A DNA stretch of 64,000 bases from a virus: the IMG/VR virus record IMGVR_UViG_3300021335_000004, one strand, 5' to 3'. Shown here one piece after another: positions 18,004 to 26,155 of the stretch (within the stretch, counting starts at the first letter, position 1; every line of letters starts with the position of its first letter). A program made the translations under genes and the position numbers. Below the pieces are notes generated by a model that saw only the letters and a list, made by a program, of their open reading frames with translations, had not been told where the DNA came from and searched no databases.

Positions 18004-18687
18004 ATGAGTAAATTTGAATATACTGATGAAATGGTAGCTCGTATGGAATCAGCTTGTGCTGGCGGAGTAACTGAAGATATTATCGAGAATCTTTGTGGAG
18101 AGTTTGAATTCCCACGTCGTTCTGTAACTGCTAAACTTCGCAAGCTTGGATTTGACGTTCCTAAAAAGCCAGGTGCAGCTCCAGTATTCTCTGCTGAAGA
18201 GACTGATGCTCTTGCATCTTTCTTGGGAGAAAACTCAGGTGTCCATACAGCTGAAGAAATTGCTGACGTATTTGCTAACGGTAAGTTCACCGCTCGTCAA
18301 ATTAATGGTAAAGCTCTTTCACTTGAAATGACTTCTCATATCAAGCCAGCTGAAAAGAAAATCACTCCAAAGACTTTCACTGCAGAGCAAGAAGCTGATA
18401 TTGAGTCTATGGTTAATGCAGGTAAATACCTTGAAGAAATTGCTGACTCACTTGGACGTCCTGTTAACTCAGTACGCGGTAAGCTTCTTTCAATGGGTTT
18501 GAAAGCTGAGCAGCGCGATAAGAAAGCTTCTAAGAGCGATCCATATGAAGGCATCGAAGATATGCTTGATCAAAGTGTAGAAGATATTGCTGAATCATTT
18601 GGCAAAACTGTACGTGGTGTAAAAACTGTGCTTACCCGTCGTGGTCTTTCATGCACAGACTATACTCCTAAAGCTAACGAAGGTTAA
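18004..18687 (+). CDS. T5 D5-like DNA-binding protein
   Basis: repeated HTH units 'RSVTAKLRKLGFDV', 'ARQINGKALSLE', 'NSVRGKLLS', 'RGVKTVLTRRGL'; synteny after ligase. Confidence 0.8.
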   Translation: MSKFEYTDEMVARMESACAGGVTEDIIENLCGEFEFPRRSVTAKLRKLGFDVPKKPGAAPVFSAEETDALASFLGENSGVHTAEEIADVFANGKFTARQINGKALSLEMTSHIKPAEKKITPKTFTAEQEADIESMVNAGKYLEEIADSLGRPVNSVRGKLLSMGLKAEQRDKKASKSDPYEGIEDMLDQSVEDIAESFGKTVRGVKTVLTRRGLSCTDYTPKANEG

Positions 18688-18715
18688 TAATAACTGTTAG
18701 TCAAATAAAAAGAAC

Positions 18716-18744
18716 AGGCAGAGGTGAAACCCCTCTGCCTATTT
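18716..18744 (+). terminator. rho-independent terminator-like hairpin
   Basis: aggcagagg-tgaaacc-cctctgcct followed by attt. Confidence 0.65.
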
Positions 18745-18751
18745 GTGCATA

Positions 18752-19048
18752 ATGAAATTATATACTTTACCCGAAACTTCGATAGATTATATTCTATCTC
18801 TTAGCCCACAGCAGCGTTATCTATATCTTAAACAAGTAGCTTTAAGTAATTTTAGAGTTATTGAAACTGATAAAGAGATGTTAGAATCATTAATAAAAGG
18901 ACTAGAAGTTAGTATTCTCTTTGAAAAACTATACCGAAACAATGAATTTTTAAGAAAAAACTTTACAATAGTTTATTCTGATGGCGGGCTTGTAAGAAAT
19001 GTCATACATGATATCTATTACTCAGATGACGAATTAAGTACGCACTAG
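18752..19048 (+). CDS. hypothetical protein
   Basis: 98 aa ORF. Confidence 0.55.
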   Translation: MKLYTLPETSIDYILSLSPQQRYLYLKQVALSNFRVIETDKEMLESLIKGLEVSILFEKLYRNNEFLRKNFTIVYSDGGLVRNVIHDIYYSDDELSTH

Positions 19049-19065
19049 AATAATTAATTTTGAAT

Positions 19066-19099
19066 ATTTCACAAAATTGTAATATTTATATGTTATAAT
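19066..19099 (+). promoter_or_regulatory. putative Pho-box promoter
   Basis: ATTTCAC-AAAA-TTGTAAT (11-bp period) lies exactly 10 bp upstream of TATAAT. Confidence 0.55.
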
Positions 19100-19167
19100 A
19101 ATAAATAGTAGTTAGGGTTTATAAACTCTGCTATTTTTTTTTATTTATATATAATTGGAGATAATAA

Positions 19168-20127
19168 ATGGACGCACTCACCCTATGGATGACTGTAGGT
19201 TTCCTGTTCGCAGGTTACGCAGTTATCGCAAATGATTCCGTACAAACATTAGGTACATGGATCGCAAGTAATAACGAAAAATTTAATTGGAAAGTTATGT
19301 GGGGAGCAGCGTCAGCAGTTCTCCTTTATACGTTGTGGTATGGTTGGTATACCAACGGTGGAGATATTAGTTATGGACGACTAAACAAAATACCGTTCCA
19401 AGAGATACAATGGTATCACGCAATGGCACCAGGACTATTATTAATACTTACACGAATAGGAGTACCAGTTAGTACTTCTTTTTTAGTATTAAGTGCCTTT
19501 GCAAGTACGTTTGTACTAGAGAAAATGCTTATGAAAAGCATGATGGGCTATGCTGTCGCGGCAGTCGCAGCATATATCATTTGGATAGGAGTTACTAAAC
19601 TACTAGATGAAGCAAAGCCTGTCAAAGAAGAACATAAAAACTATTGGCGAATAGCACAATGGGTAACAACTGGTTTCCTATGGTTTACTTGGCTAAGTCA
19701 TGACATGGCTAACATTGCTGTGTTCCTTCCAAGACAAGTTCCATGGGATCTAATGATCCTAGTGAGTCTTGTGTTTGTTGTAGGACTTGCATTTATGTTT
19801 AAAGAGGGTGGTGGTAAGATCCAAAAGATTGTACTAGAAAAACACAACACAAGATATGTGCGTTCAGCAACGATCATTGATGGAGTGTACTGGTTGATCT
19901 TATTCTTCTTTAAAGAGCTCAACGATATACCTATGTCAACTACTTGGGTGTTCGTAGGACTACTGTGTGGACGTGAACTTGCTATGGCAACAATGACTGG
20001 CAAGGAAAAGTTTAAGACAGTGTTTCCTCTTGTAACTAAAGACTTCTTCAAGATGATGATTGGCTTAGGCGCATCAGTTGGAGTAGTATTAATGATACAT
20101 TATGTTATAGTACCAAACGGACTATAA
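19168..20127 (+). CDS. PiT-like (inorganic phosphate transporter-related) membrane protein
   Basis: multi-TM; duplicated PiT signatures 'ANDSVQTLGT/GVPVSTS' and 'HDMANIA/IPMSTT'. Confidence 0.7.
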   Translation: MDALTLWMTVGFLFAGYAVIANDSVQTLGTWIASNNEKFNWKVMWGAASAVLLYTLWYGWYTNGGDISYGRLNKIPFQEIQWYHAMAPGLLLILTRIGVPVSTSFLVLSAFASTFVLEKMLMKSMMGYAVAAVAAYIIWIGVTKLLDEAKPVKEEHKNYWRIAQWVTTGFLWFTWLSHDMANIAVFLPRQVPWDLMILVSLVFVVGLAFMFKEGGGKIQKIVLEKHNTRYVRSATIIDGVYWLILFFFKELNDIPMSTTWVFVGLLCGRELAMATMTGKEKFKTVFPLVTKDFFKMMIGLGASVGVVLMIHYVIVPNGL

Positions 20128-20139
20128 TCAAATTACATA

Positions 20140-20194
20140 TTGACAGATGCTCCTGATTAGCGTATTATTAATACATAACTAATCAGGAGTTTTT
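20140..20194 (+). promoter_or_regulatory. promoter overlapped by an SD-sequestering terminator hairpin
   Basis: TTGACA-17-TATTAT; arms ctcctgattag / ctaatcaggag plus T run. Confidence 0.7.
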
Positions 20195-20196
20195 AT

Positions 20197-21267
20197 ATGT
20201 ACTTTAACAAAACGCAAACCGATTGGCGACTCTCTCAGTGTTGTCAGTGGCATGATAAAACTTTAGCAAAAAGGTACAATTTTGGTACTACTACCAAAAC
20301 TTACGCCCTCAAAGAAGGTGGTAAAGAAAAAGTACAACAAAAAGCTATAGCAAATACTAAAAAATTACTCGATATACTGACAACATATTTTCCTAAGCAA
20401 CCACAAAATTTGCGTGCGTTTAGAATTTCTAGTGAGCTATTTCCTTGCTACACTCTAGAGTTTACGCAACCGTGGTATGAAGAAATTTGGGAAGAACTAT
20501 CAGAAATTCTTAAACTTGCAGGTAATGCCGCTAAAAAACATGGTATTCGTTTGTCTACTCATCCTGCTCAATACACAGTACTCGCATCTAATAATCCAGA
20601 TGTTGTAACTAAGTCTATCGAAGATCTTGAGTATCATGCTTTGTATGGCTCAATGATGGGATTGCCCGCTCAAGATTTTTCTATGAATATTCACTTACAA
20701 GGACTTTATGGAGGAAAACACGAAGATGGTATTAAACGCTTTGCCACACACTTCCCCTACCTATCCGACTATGCCCAAGGATGCTTATCTGTCGAAAATG
20801 AAGATAAACCCAACGGATACGACATTAAACACACACTTGAACTTGCCCAACGGATCCCTATCCGCTGTACCCTCGACACACACCACTATGCCTGTCATCG
20901 AATGGTTGAGACTGAGAGAGTTAAAGTTGGCGAGAAAACGATCAATAGGAAAGTGCGAGACGTGGATCATATCTCCCACACAGACGACTATTTCCGTGAA
21001 GCTGTCAAGTCATGGAGAGGTGTACGCCCGTTGTTCCACAAATCACAATCCTTTCACCCCGACAATTCAGCTTATTGGATGAAACCTAATGCACACTCAG
21101 AAACATATTGGGACGAAGAACTAATGGCAAGACATGTGCCAATGCTTGAATATGCAGACTTTGATATTGAGGCAAAACACAAAGAAGTTGCCGTACAAGG
21201 TTTCTATGACTTTATCAAACAAGAAGAAGAGTTTGCAGGAGAAGAACTAAAAACAAAAACAATTTAA
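20197..21267 (+). CDS. uvsE: UV damage endonuclease (UvdE/UvsE family)
   Basis: 'FRISSELFP', 'RLSTHPAQYTVLAS', 'ENED', 'LDTHH', 'IEAKHKE'. Confidence 0.9.
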   Translation: MYFNKTQTDWRLSQCCQWHDKTLAKRYNFGTTTKTYALKEGGKEKVQQKAIANTKKLLDILTTYFPKQPQNLRAFRISSELFPCYTLEFTQPWYEEIWEELSEILKLAGNAAKKHGIRLSTHPAQYTVLASNNPDVVTKSIEDLEYHALYGSMMGLPAQDFSMNIHLQGLYGGKHEDGIKRFATHFPYLSDYAQGCLSVENEDKPNGYDIKHTLELAQRIPIRCTLDTHHYACHRMVETERVKVGEKTINRKVRDVDHISHTDDYFREAVKSWRGVRPLFHKSQSFHPDNSAYWMKPNAHSETYWDEELMARHVPMLEYADFDIEAKHKEVAVQGFYDFIKQEEEFAGEELKTKTI

Positions 21268-21276
21268 GGAGGCGCA

Positions 21277-22131
21277 ATGATATTAGTCTGGATAACCTTC
21301 CTAACTGCTATTGCAATTTCTGCAGTAGCTGCATGGTTTAGTGTTATTGGATTGACGCAAATATTTGCGGCAGCTTTTTTGCCTGTCGCAATTATGGGTG
21401 GAGTATTAGAATTAGGTAAAGTGGTTGCAGCAGTATGGACACACCAGCACTGGAGCGATTTACAACATATATCTAAAATAATATTAGTTCCAATTGTAGG
21501 CTTGTTAATGATAGTTACAAGTTTAGGTATTTTTGGCTTACTGTCCAAAGGGCATAGTGCTCAAGAAATGCCTATTATTATAGTAGAGCAAAAAGTAGCA
21601 GTTATTGACACTCAAATTGATTTTTCCACACAAAAAGTAGACAGACTTACACAAAGACTAGAAACTTTAAATAAAGCTATGGGAAAATATATAGAACTTG
21701 GAGCAGTATCAAAAGGACTAGATAAAACCCAAAATGATATTTCTGACATTCAATCACAGATACAACAAGAATTAAACATAATTGCAAAGTTAGAACAAGA
21801 AAAACTAACAGAAAAATTATCAATTAGCAGTATTGAGGCAGAATTAGGGCCGATAAAATATGTTGCTAATTTAATTGGTGAATCAGATAATTTACAAAAC
21901 GCTGTTACAATCGTAATATTTATTATTATTTTCTGTTTTGATCCATTAGCCCTAATGTTACTAATTTTATCAGTAGATAAGATTTTTAATAAACAAAAGC
22001 TGTTTAATGCAGAAAATCTTACAAAACTTAAAGCTATAGAACTTGCAAAGAAAAGATTAGGACTAACTAGGACACAAGCAGAAAAAATGTCAAAAGAAGC
22101 GTTAGTTCAGTTACTAAATAATGCAAGATAA
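21277..22131 (+). CDS. membrane protein with coiled-coil
   Basis: 3 N-terminal TMs, coiled coil, C-terminal TM 'IIFCFDPLA'. Confidence 0.7.
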   Translation: MILVWITFLTAIAISAVAAWFSVIGLTQIFAAAFLPVAIMGGVLELGKVVAAVWTHQHWSDLQHISKIILVPIVGLLMIVTSLGIFGLLSKGHSAQEMPIIIVEQKVAVIDTQIDFSTQKVDRLTQRLETLNKAMGKYIELGAVSKGLDKTQNDISDIQSQIQQELNIIAKLEQEKLTEKLSISSIEAELGPIKYVANLIGESDNLQNAVTIVIFIIIFCFDPLALMLLILSVDKIFNKQKLFNAENLTKLKAIELAKKRLGLTRTQAEKMSKEALVQLLNNAR

Positions 22132-22144
22132 AGATATATTGTAT

Positions 22145-22194
22145 TTGACATCTACCCTCTATTTTGTTATAATATACAAAATGGAGGGTTTTTT
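22145..22194 (+). promoter_or_regulatory. consensus promoter overlapped by an SD-sequestering terminator hairpin
   Basis: TTGACA-17-TATAAT; arms accctctattttgt / acaaaatggagggt plus T run. Confidence 0.8.
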
Positions 22195-22196
22195 AA

Positions 22197-22976
22197 ATGG
22201 CAAGAGCGAGAATAAATACAAACGAAATTCCTGAAGCAAAAATCAGACAAGTAATATGGATGATTAAATCAAACAAGACAAAAAAGGCTTGTTGTGATCA
22301 CTTAGGTATTGCCTACAATACTAAACGATTAGATGCAATCATAGAAGACTTTAGACAAAAAGAAGAAAGACAAAAAGAACTAAAGAAAAAAGCTAGAGCA
22401 AAAACTCTTTCTGCAGGTGAAATTAAACAAATAGTTGGAGACTATCTTGATGGAGAAAATCAAAGCGCTATAGCAAAAAGACTTTACATTAGCCCCCAGC
22501 GTGTTAAAAAAGTTCTTATGGAAAACAATGTGCCTATTCGTGCAAGAGGTAAAAATAAACCCGCACAAGTTAGTCATGTAGTGCAGAATTTAGATGCTTT
22601 GTTTAAAGCAGGAGATAGAGTGTTTGTACCCGAAAAAAATACATTTGCTAAAGTGTATGAAGTTTATGATGAAGAATGGGTAGAGTATTACCGCTCTCCG
22701 ATTAGAAGAAAATATGTAGAACTTCACGCTATGAAATCAGCAAAACAAAAACATGGTATTGATTTTGAAGGGTATCCTGATATTCATTATCAAATTTATT
22801 GGGAATATGATAACGGATCTTCCTGGAAAGAAGACGCTATTATTAGATTAATTAAAAAAGTAGAAACATACATAGAAGAAACCGGTAGAGAAACTTACTT
22901 AGCATATATGGAAAGTGATCACGGTGGGTACTTTTCTGGAACTAGAGACAAATTTTATCCTGTAGCGAGCAAATAA
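22197..22976 (+). CDS. putative HTH DNA-binding protein
   Basis: 'YLDGENQSAIAKRLYISPQRVKKVL' HTH. Confidence 0.6.
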   Translation: MARARINTNEIPEAKIRQVIWMIKSNKTKKACCDHLGIAYNTKRLDAIIEDFRQKEERQKELKKKARAKTLSAGEIKQIVGDYLDGENQSAIAKRLYISPQRVKKVLMENNVPIRARGKNKPAQVSHVVQNLDALFKAGDRVFVPEKNTFAKVYEVYDEEWVEYYRSPIRRKYVELHAMKSAKQKHGIDFEGYPDIHYQIYWEYDNGSSWKEDAIIRLIKKVETYIEETGRETYLAYMESDHGGYFSGTRDKFYPVASK

Positions 22977-22979
22977 TAT

Positions 22980-24380
22980 ATGAACATTGATCTTCAAAAA
23001 CTGACAATAAAAAGATTATTGTCTGGACAAAATCATGATTTTTTTACAAAACTAAGTCCTTACTTTTTTTCGGGGGCTAACTCTTCTATCTATAATAAAA
23101 TTGAATCATATTATAAAGCTAACCTTAAAATACCTTCTGAAGAAGAGTTTTATCTAATAAATAAAGACGTTAATTCTCAAGAATATTTTGAGAACCAAAT
23201 TGTGGCATCTGGTAAATATACTGATATTGATAATGATTTTATTATTGCCCAGCTTCAAGACCATTTTGTAAGAGAAGAGACTATATCGTTTTTAGATGGT
23301 TATATAGACCAGCTAGAAGATTTGGAAAAGATTGAGATTGTAGATAAAATACAAAACCACTTATTAAAACTTAACAGTGCTTTACCTACTTCAGATGAAT
23401 TATTTGACGTAGCAGATTTAGATTTCTTTCCTAGTGCAGACGATTTTAAACTTTATCCTTCTGGATTAAGTGCTGAATATGATTCTGTTAATGGCGGTTT
23501 TGGTTCTCAAGAACTAGTGCTTCTTGGAGGTAGAAGAGGCTCGGGTAAATCTATTATTTCTCTAAATTGTTCTATTAATAGATTCTTACAAGGATCAACC
23601 GTAGCTTTCTTTAGTATTGAGATGCGATATAAAGAAGTACATGACCGTCTTTTAAGTATAATCAGTGAAGTTCCGTTTCTTGATATTTATAAAAATAAAC
23701 TAAATGAAGAACAAAAACTAAGATTAGCGAAATCAAAGCTAAACTATTTTTTTGATAATACAGATCAAAAAGCTATAGATTATTATAATGAACTAGAAAA
23801 AACAAAAGACTTTAAGGCTTTTGAACAAAAAATGAAGTTCGATAAGCCTGAATATAAAGAAAATCGTTTTTTTATTATAGATGATGCAGGTTTAACTCTT
23901 AATCGTATTGATCATTATTGTAATATGTTTCAAGCCAAATACCCAAGGTACACTATGGCTTGTGTAGATTATATTAATATTATTAGACATGAAGATCAAA
24001 AAGATTGGAAAAGTCAGATTACTATAGCAGAAAATCTAAAATTAATGAGCCGTAAATATGACTTAACAATGTTTTCTCCTTATCAAATTGATGCGGGAGG
24101 AGAAGCACGTTTTGCTAAAGGTATTCTTGATTCTGCTGATCGTAGTTTTAACTTTTTTCCACCAGATGAGAATGGAGACAACAATCGAGTAGCTGTCCAT
24201 ACCACAAAAATACGTAACGGTAGAACTATGAATTTTGATATTGGTATGAATTGGGAGTGTACAAAAGTTGTAGCTTCAGACTCAAATCTTATCAATGAAA
24301 AACCTTTTGCGGCCGCAAAATATGGAAGTGAAGAAGATAAACAACCAAAACGTAAAAGAGAAATTGAACGTGATTTGTAA
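22980..24380 (+). CDS. DnaB-like replicative helicase (T5 D6-like)
   Basis: Walker A 'GGRRGSGKS', 'FSIEM', 'VDYIN', 'ARFAKGILD'. Confidence 0.9.
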   Translation: MNIDLQKLTIKRLLSGQNHDFFTKLSPYFFSGANSSIYNKIESYYKANLKIPSEEEFYLINKDVNSQEYFENQIVASGKYTDIDNDFIIAQLQDHFVREETISFLDGYIDQLEDLEKIEIVDKIQNHLLKLNSALPTSDELFDVADLDFFPSADDFKLYPSGLSAEYDSVNGGFGSQELVLLGGRRGSGKSIISLNCSINRFLQGSTVAFFSIEMRYKEVHDRLLSIISEVPFLDIYKNKLNEEQKLRLAKSKLNYFFDNTDQKAIDYYNELEKTKDFKAFEQKMKFDKPEYKENRFFIIDDAGLTLNRIDHYCNMFQAKYPRYTMACVDYINIIRHEDQKDWKSQITIAENLKLMSRKYDLTMFSPYQIDAGGEARFAKGILDSADRSFNFFPPDENGDNNRVAVHTTKIRNGRTMNFDIGMNWECTKVVASDSNLINEKPFAAAKYGSEEDKQPKRKREIERDL

Positions 24381-24753
24381 TAAAAAAATAGTTATAATAT
24401 TATGTTTGTTTTCTACAAGTGTATATGCTGAAGGCCGTACATATACAGGTAATGAAGATAAATCACACTGTACATTATGGAACAGAGAAGTATTACGCTG
24501 GCCTCAAAAAATATTAGGACTAGAATCAATGGAGTGTAGACGTAAGGCAGTGCCTCCAACTGTTACTAATACTATAACTTGCAGACTTAAAAGACAATAT
24601 GTAGACCCAGAAACTGATGAACGTATGTGTATATACGAGCGGGGTGCTACAGGACACGCAGATTTAACTGTTGCTATGGACAAATATTTTCAATGTCCAA
24701 GAACACAACAGTGTACACAAAGCCCAGGTGGTGGACATAACACACTAGATTAG
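24370..24753 (+). CDS. secreted Cys-rich hypothetical protein
   Basis: signal-like 'KKIVIILCLFSTSVYA', 6 Cys in the mature part. Confidence 0.55.
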   Translation: MICNKKIVIILCLFSTSVYAEGRTYTGNEDKSHCTLWNREVLRWPQKILGLESMECRRKAVPPTVTNTITCRLKRQYVDPETDERMCIYERGATGHADLTVAMDKYFQCPRTQQCTQSPGGGHNTLD

Positions 24754-24762
24754 GAGAATTAT

Positions 24763-25053
24763 ATGAGTATTATGTGTAGAATATTTGGACACAACTATGC
24801 AATAACTAGTGCGCTTGGTAACTATACTTTTTGTACTAAGTGTGGAAGTACGTTAACAATCAAAGAGCCGTATACCCTAACACCAGGTGAAAGACGTTAC
24901 GTACACGGTATATTAATGGAAATGACTGAATTTGGATTAGAGGAAGTGAAACATGCTGAAGAATCTATTAAAAAAGTTTACAAAGAAAAAACCAATGAAG
25001 ACTTCGAAGAAGGAAACTACGCCGTTCAATCCAAGGACCCGCATGAACAGTGA
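24763..25053 (+). CDS. small Zn-finger-like phage protein
   Basis: 'CRIFGH...CTKCG'; AGGAG SD. Confidence 0.6.
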   Translation: MSIMCRIFGHNYAITSALGNYTFCTKCGSTLTIKEPYTLTPGERRYVHGILMEMTEFGLEEVKHAEESIKKVYKEKTNEDFEEGNYAVQSKDPHEQ

Positions 25054-25121
25054 AAATATGACTGATGAAGATAAGCTAAAACAAGGCTTTAATGGTAGTA
25101 CTTATAGTATAAATGGAAGAG

Positions 25122-25247
25122 ATGTTGACTTCTGATCGTACAGTTTGGATTATATGGATGATAATTGTACTAATCACGGTTGCAATACTGCCGTTTGTAG
25201 TACGTATACAAGGTGTATCAGAATTTTTAGCAAGGTGTTTGGGATAA
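25122..25247 (+). CDS. small membrane protein
   Basis: 41 aa single-TM ORF ending just before primase. Confidence 0.45.
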   Translation: MLTSDRTVWIIWMIIVLITVAILPFVVRIQGVSEFLARCLG

Positions 25248-25248
25248 A

Positions 25249-26112
25249 ATGGACTTAATTGATTTATTAAACGAAAAAAATGTATATTATAAAAAATCTA
25301 ATAACCCAAGCGAGATACTTATTACGTGTACTTCTGGTGAGCATGTAGATAAAGATCCTAGCTTGAGTTATAATTTAGAAAAAGATATGTTCCATTGTTG
25401 GAGTTGTGGTTTTAAAGGAGGTAAAAGACGCTTTCTAGAAAGTATAGGTGTCAGTAGTGCAATAACTTTTGAGACTAAGCAGTCTTTTAAAATTCAAAAA
25501 CTTAAAAATAAAATTCAAAGGTTGATGGAATTAAATGAGTGTACTATGCCTATAGAATACAGAGCATGGACACAGACGTATAAAGGAATAAAAATAGAAA
25601 CCTTGAAAGAGTTTAATTTTTTTACTACAGCAGAAATGGGTTTTGAAGATTATATCTGTTTACCTATTTATCAATTTGGTAAATTAAAATTTATTGAAGG
25701 AAGATATAGATTTAATTCTAAAAATAAACCAAAATACAATCGTAAACCAAACGGTGTAAATGTTAATAATATAGCCTTCCCACTAGATAAATTAGAAGAT
25801 AAATCTAAAGTTATTATCGTAGAGGGTATATTTGATATGTTAAACTTATGGCAACACGGAATTAAAAATGTTTTATGCGTTTTTGGTACTCAAAACTTTG
25901 GAGAATCGAAAGTAAAATTGTTTGACGATGTAGGTATTAGAAATGTACAAATAATGTTTGATGGAGACGCCGCAGGGCAAAGTGCGGCAGTAAAAATAAG
26001 AAATTTATTAACTAAAAATAATATATCATCAAATATTATTAAACTACCTCTAGGAAAAGATCCTGGTCTATTAGTAGCAGATGAAATAAAATCTCTATTG
26101 TATAATGGATAA
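25249..26112 (+). CDS. DNA primase
   Basis: Zn-binding 'C..H.DK.PS...FHCWSCG' and Toprim 'VEGIFD...FDGDAAG...KDPG'. Confidence 0.92.
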   Translation: MDLIDLLNEKNVYYKKSNNPSEILITCTSGEHVDKDPSLSYNLEKDMFHCWSCGFKGGKRRFLESIGVSSAITFETKQSFKIQKLKNKIQRLMELNECTMPIEYRAWTQTYKGIKIETLKEFNFFTTAEMGFEDYICLPIYQFGKLKFIEGRYRFNSKNKPKYNRKPNGVNVNNIAFPLDKLEDKSKVIIVEGIFDMLNLWQHGIKNVLCVFGTQNFGESKVKLFDDVGIRNVQIMFDGDAAGQSAAVKIRNLLTKNNISSNIIKLPLGKDPGLLVADEIKSLLYNG

Positions 26113-26155
26113 AAAATTGCTATAATAATGTATAAATTAAAAATGAGGAATGATA

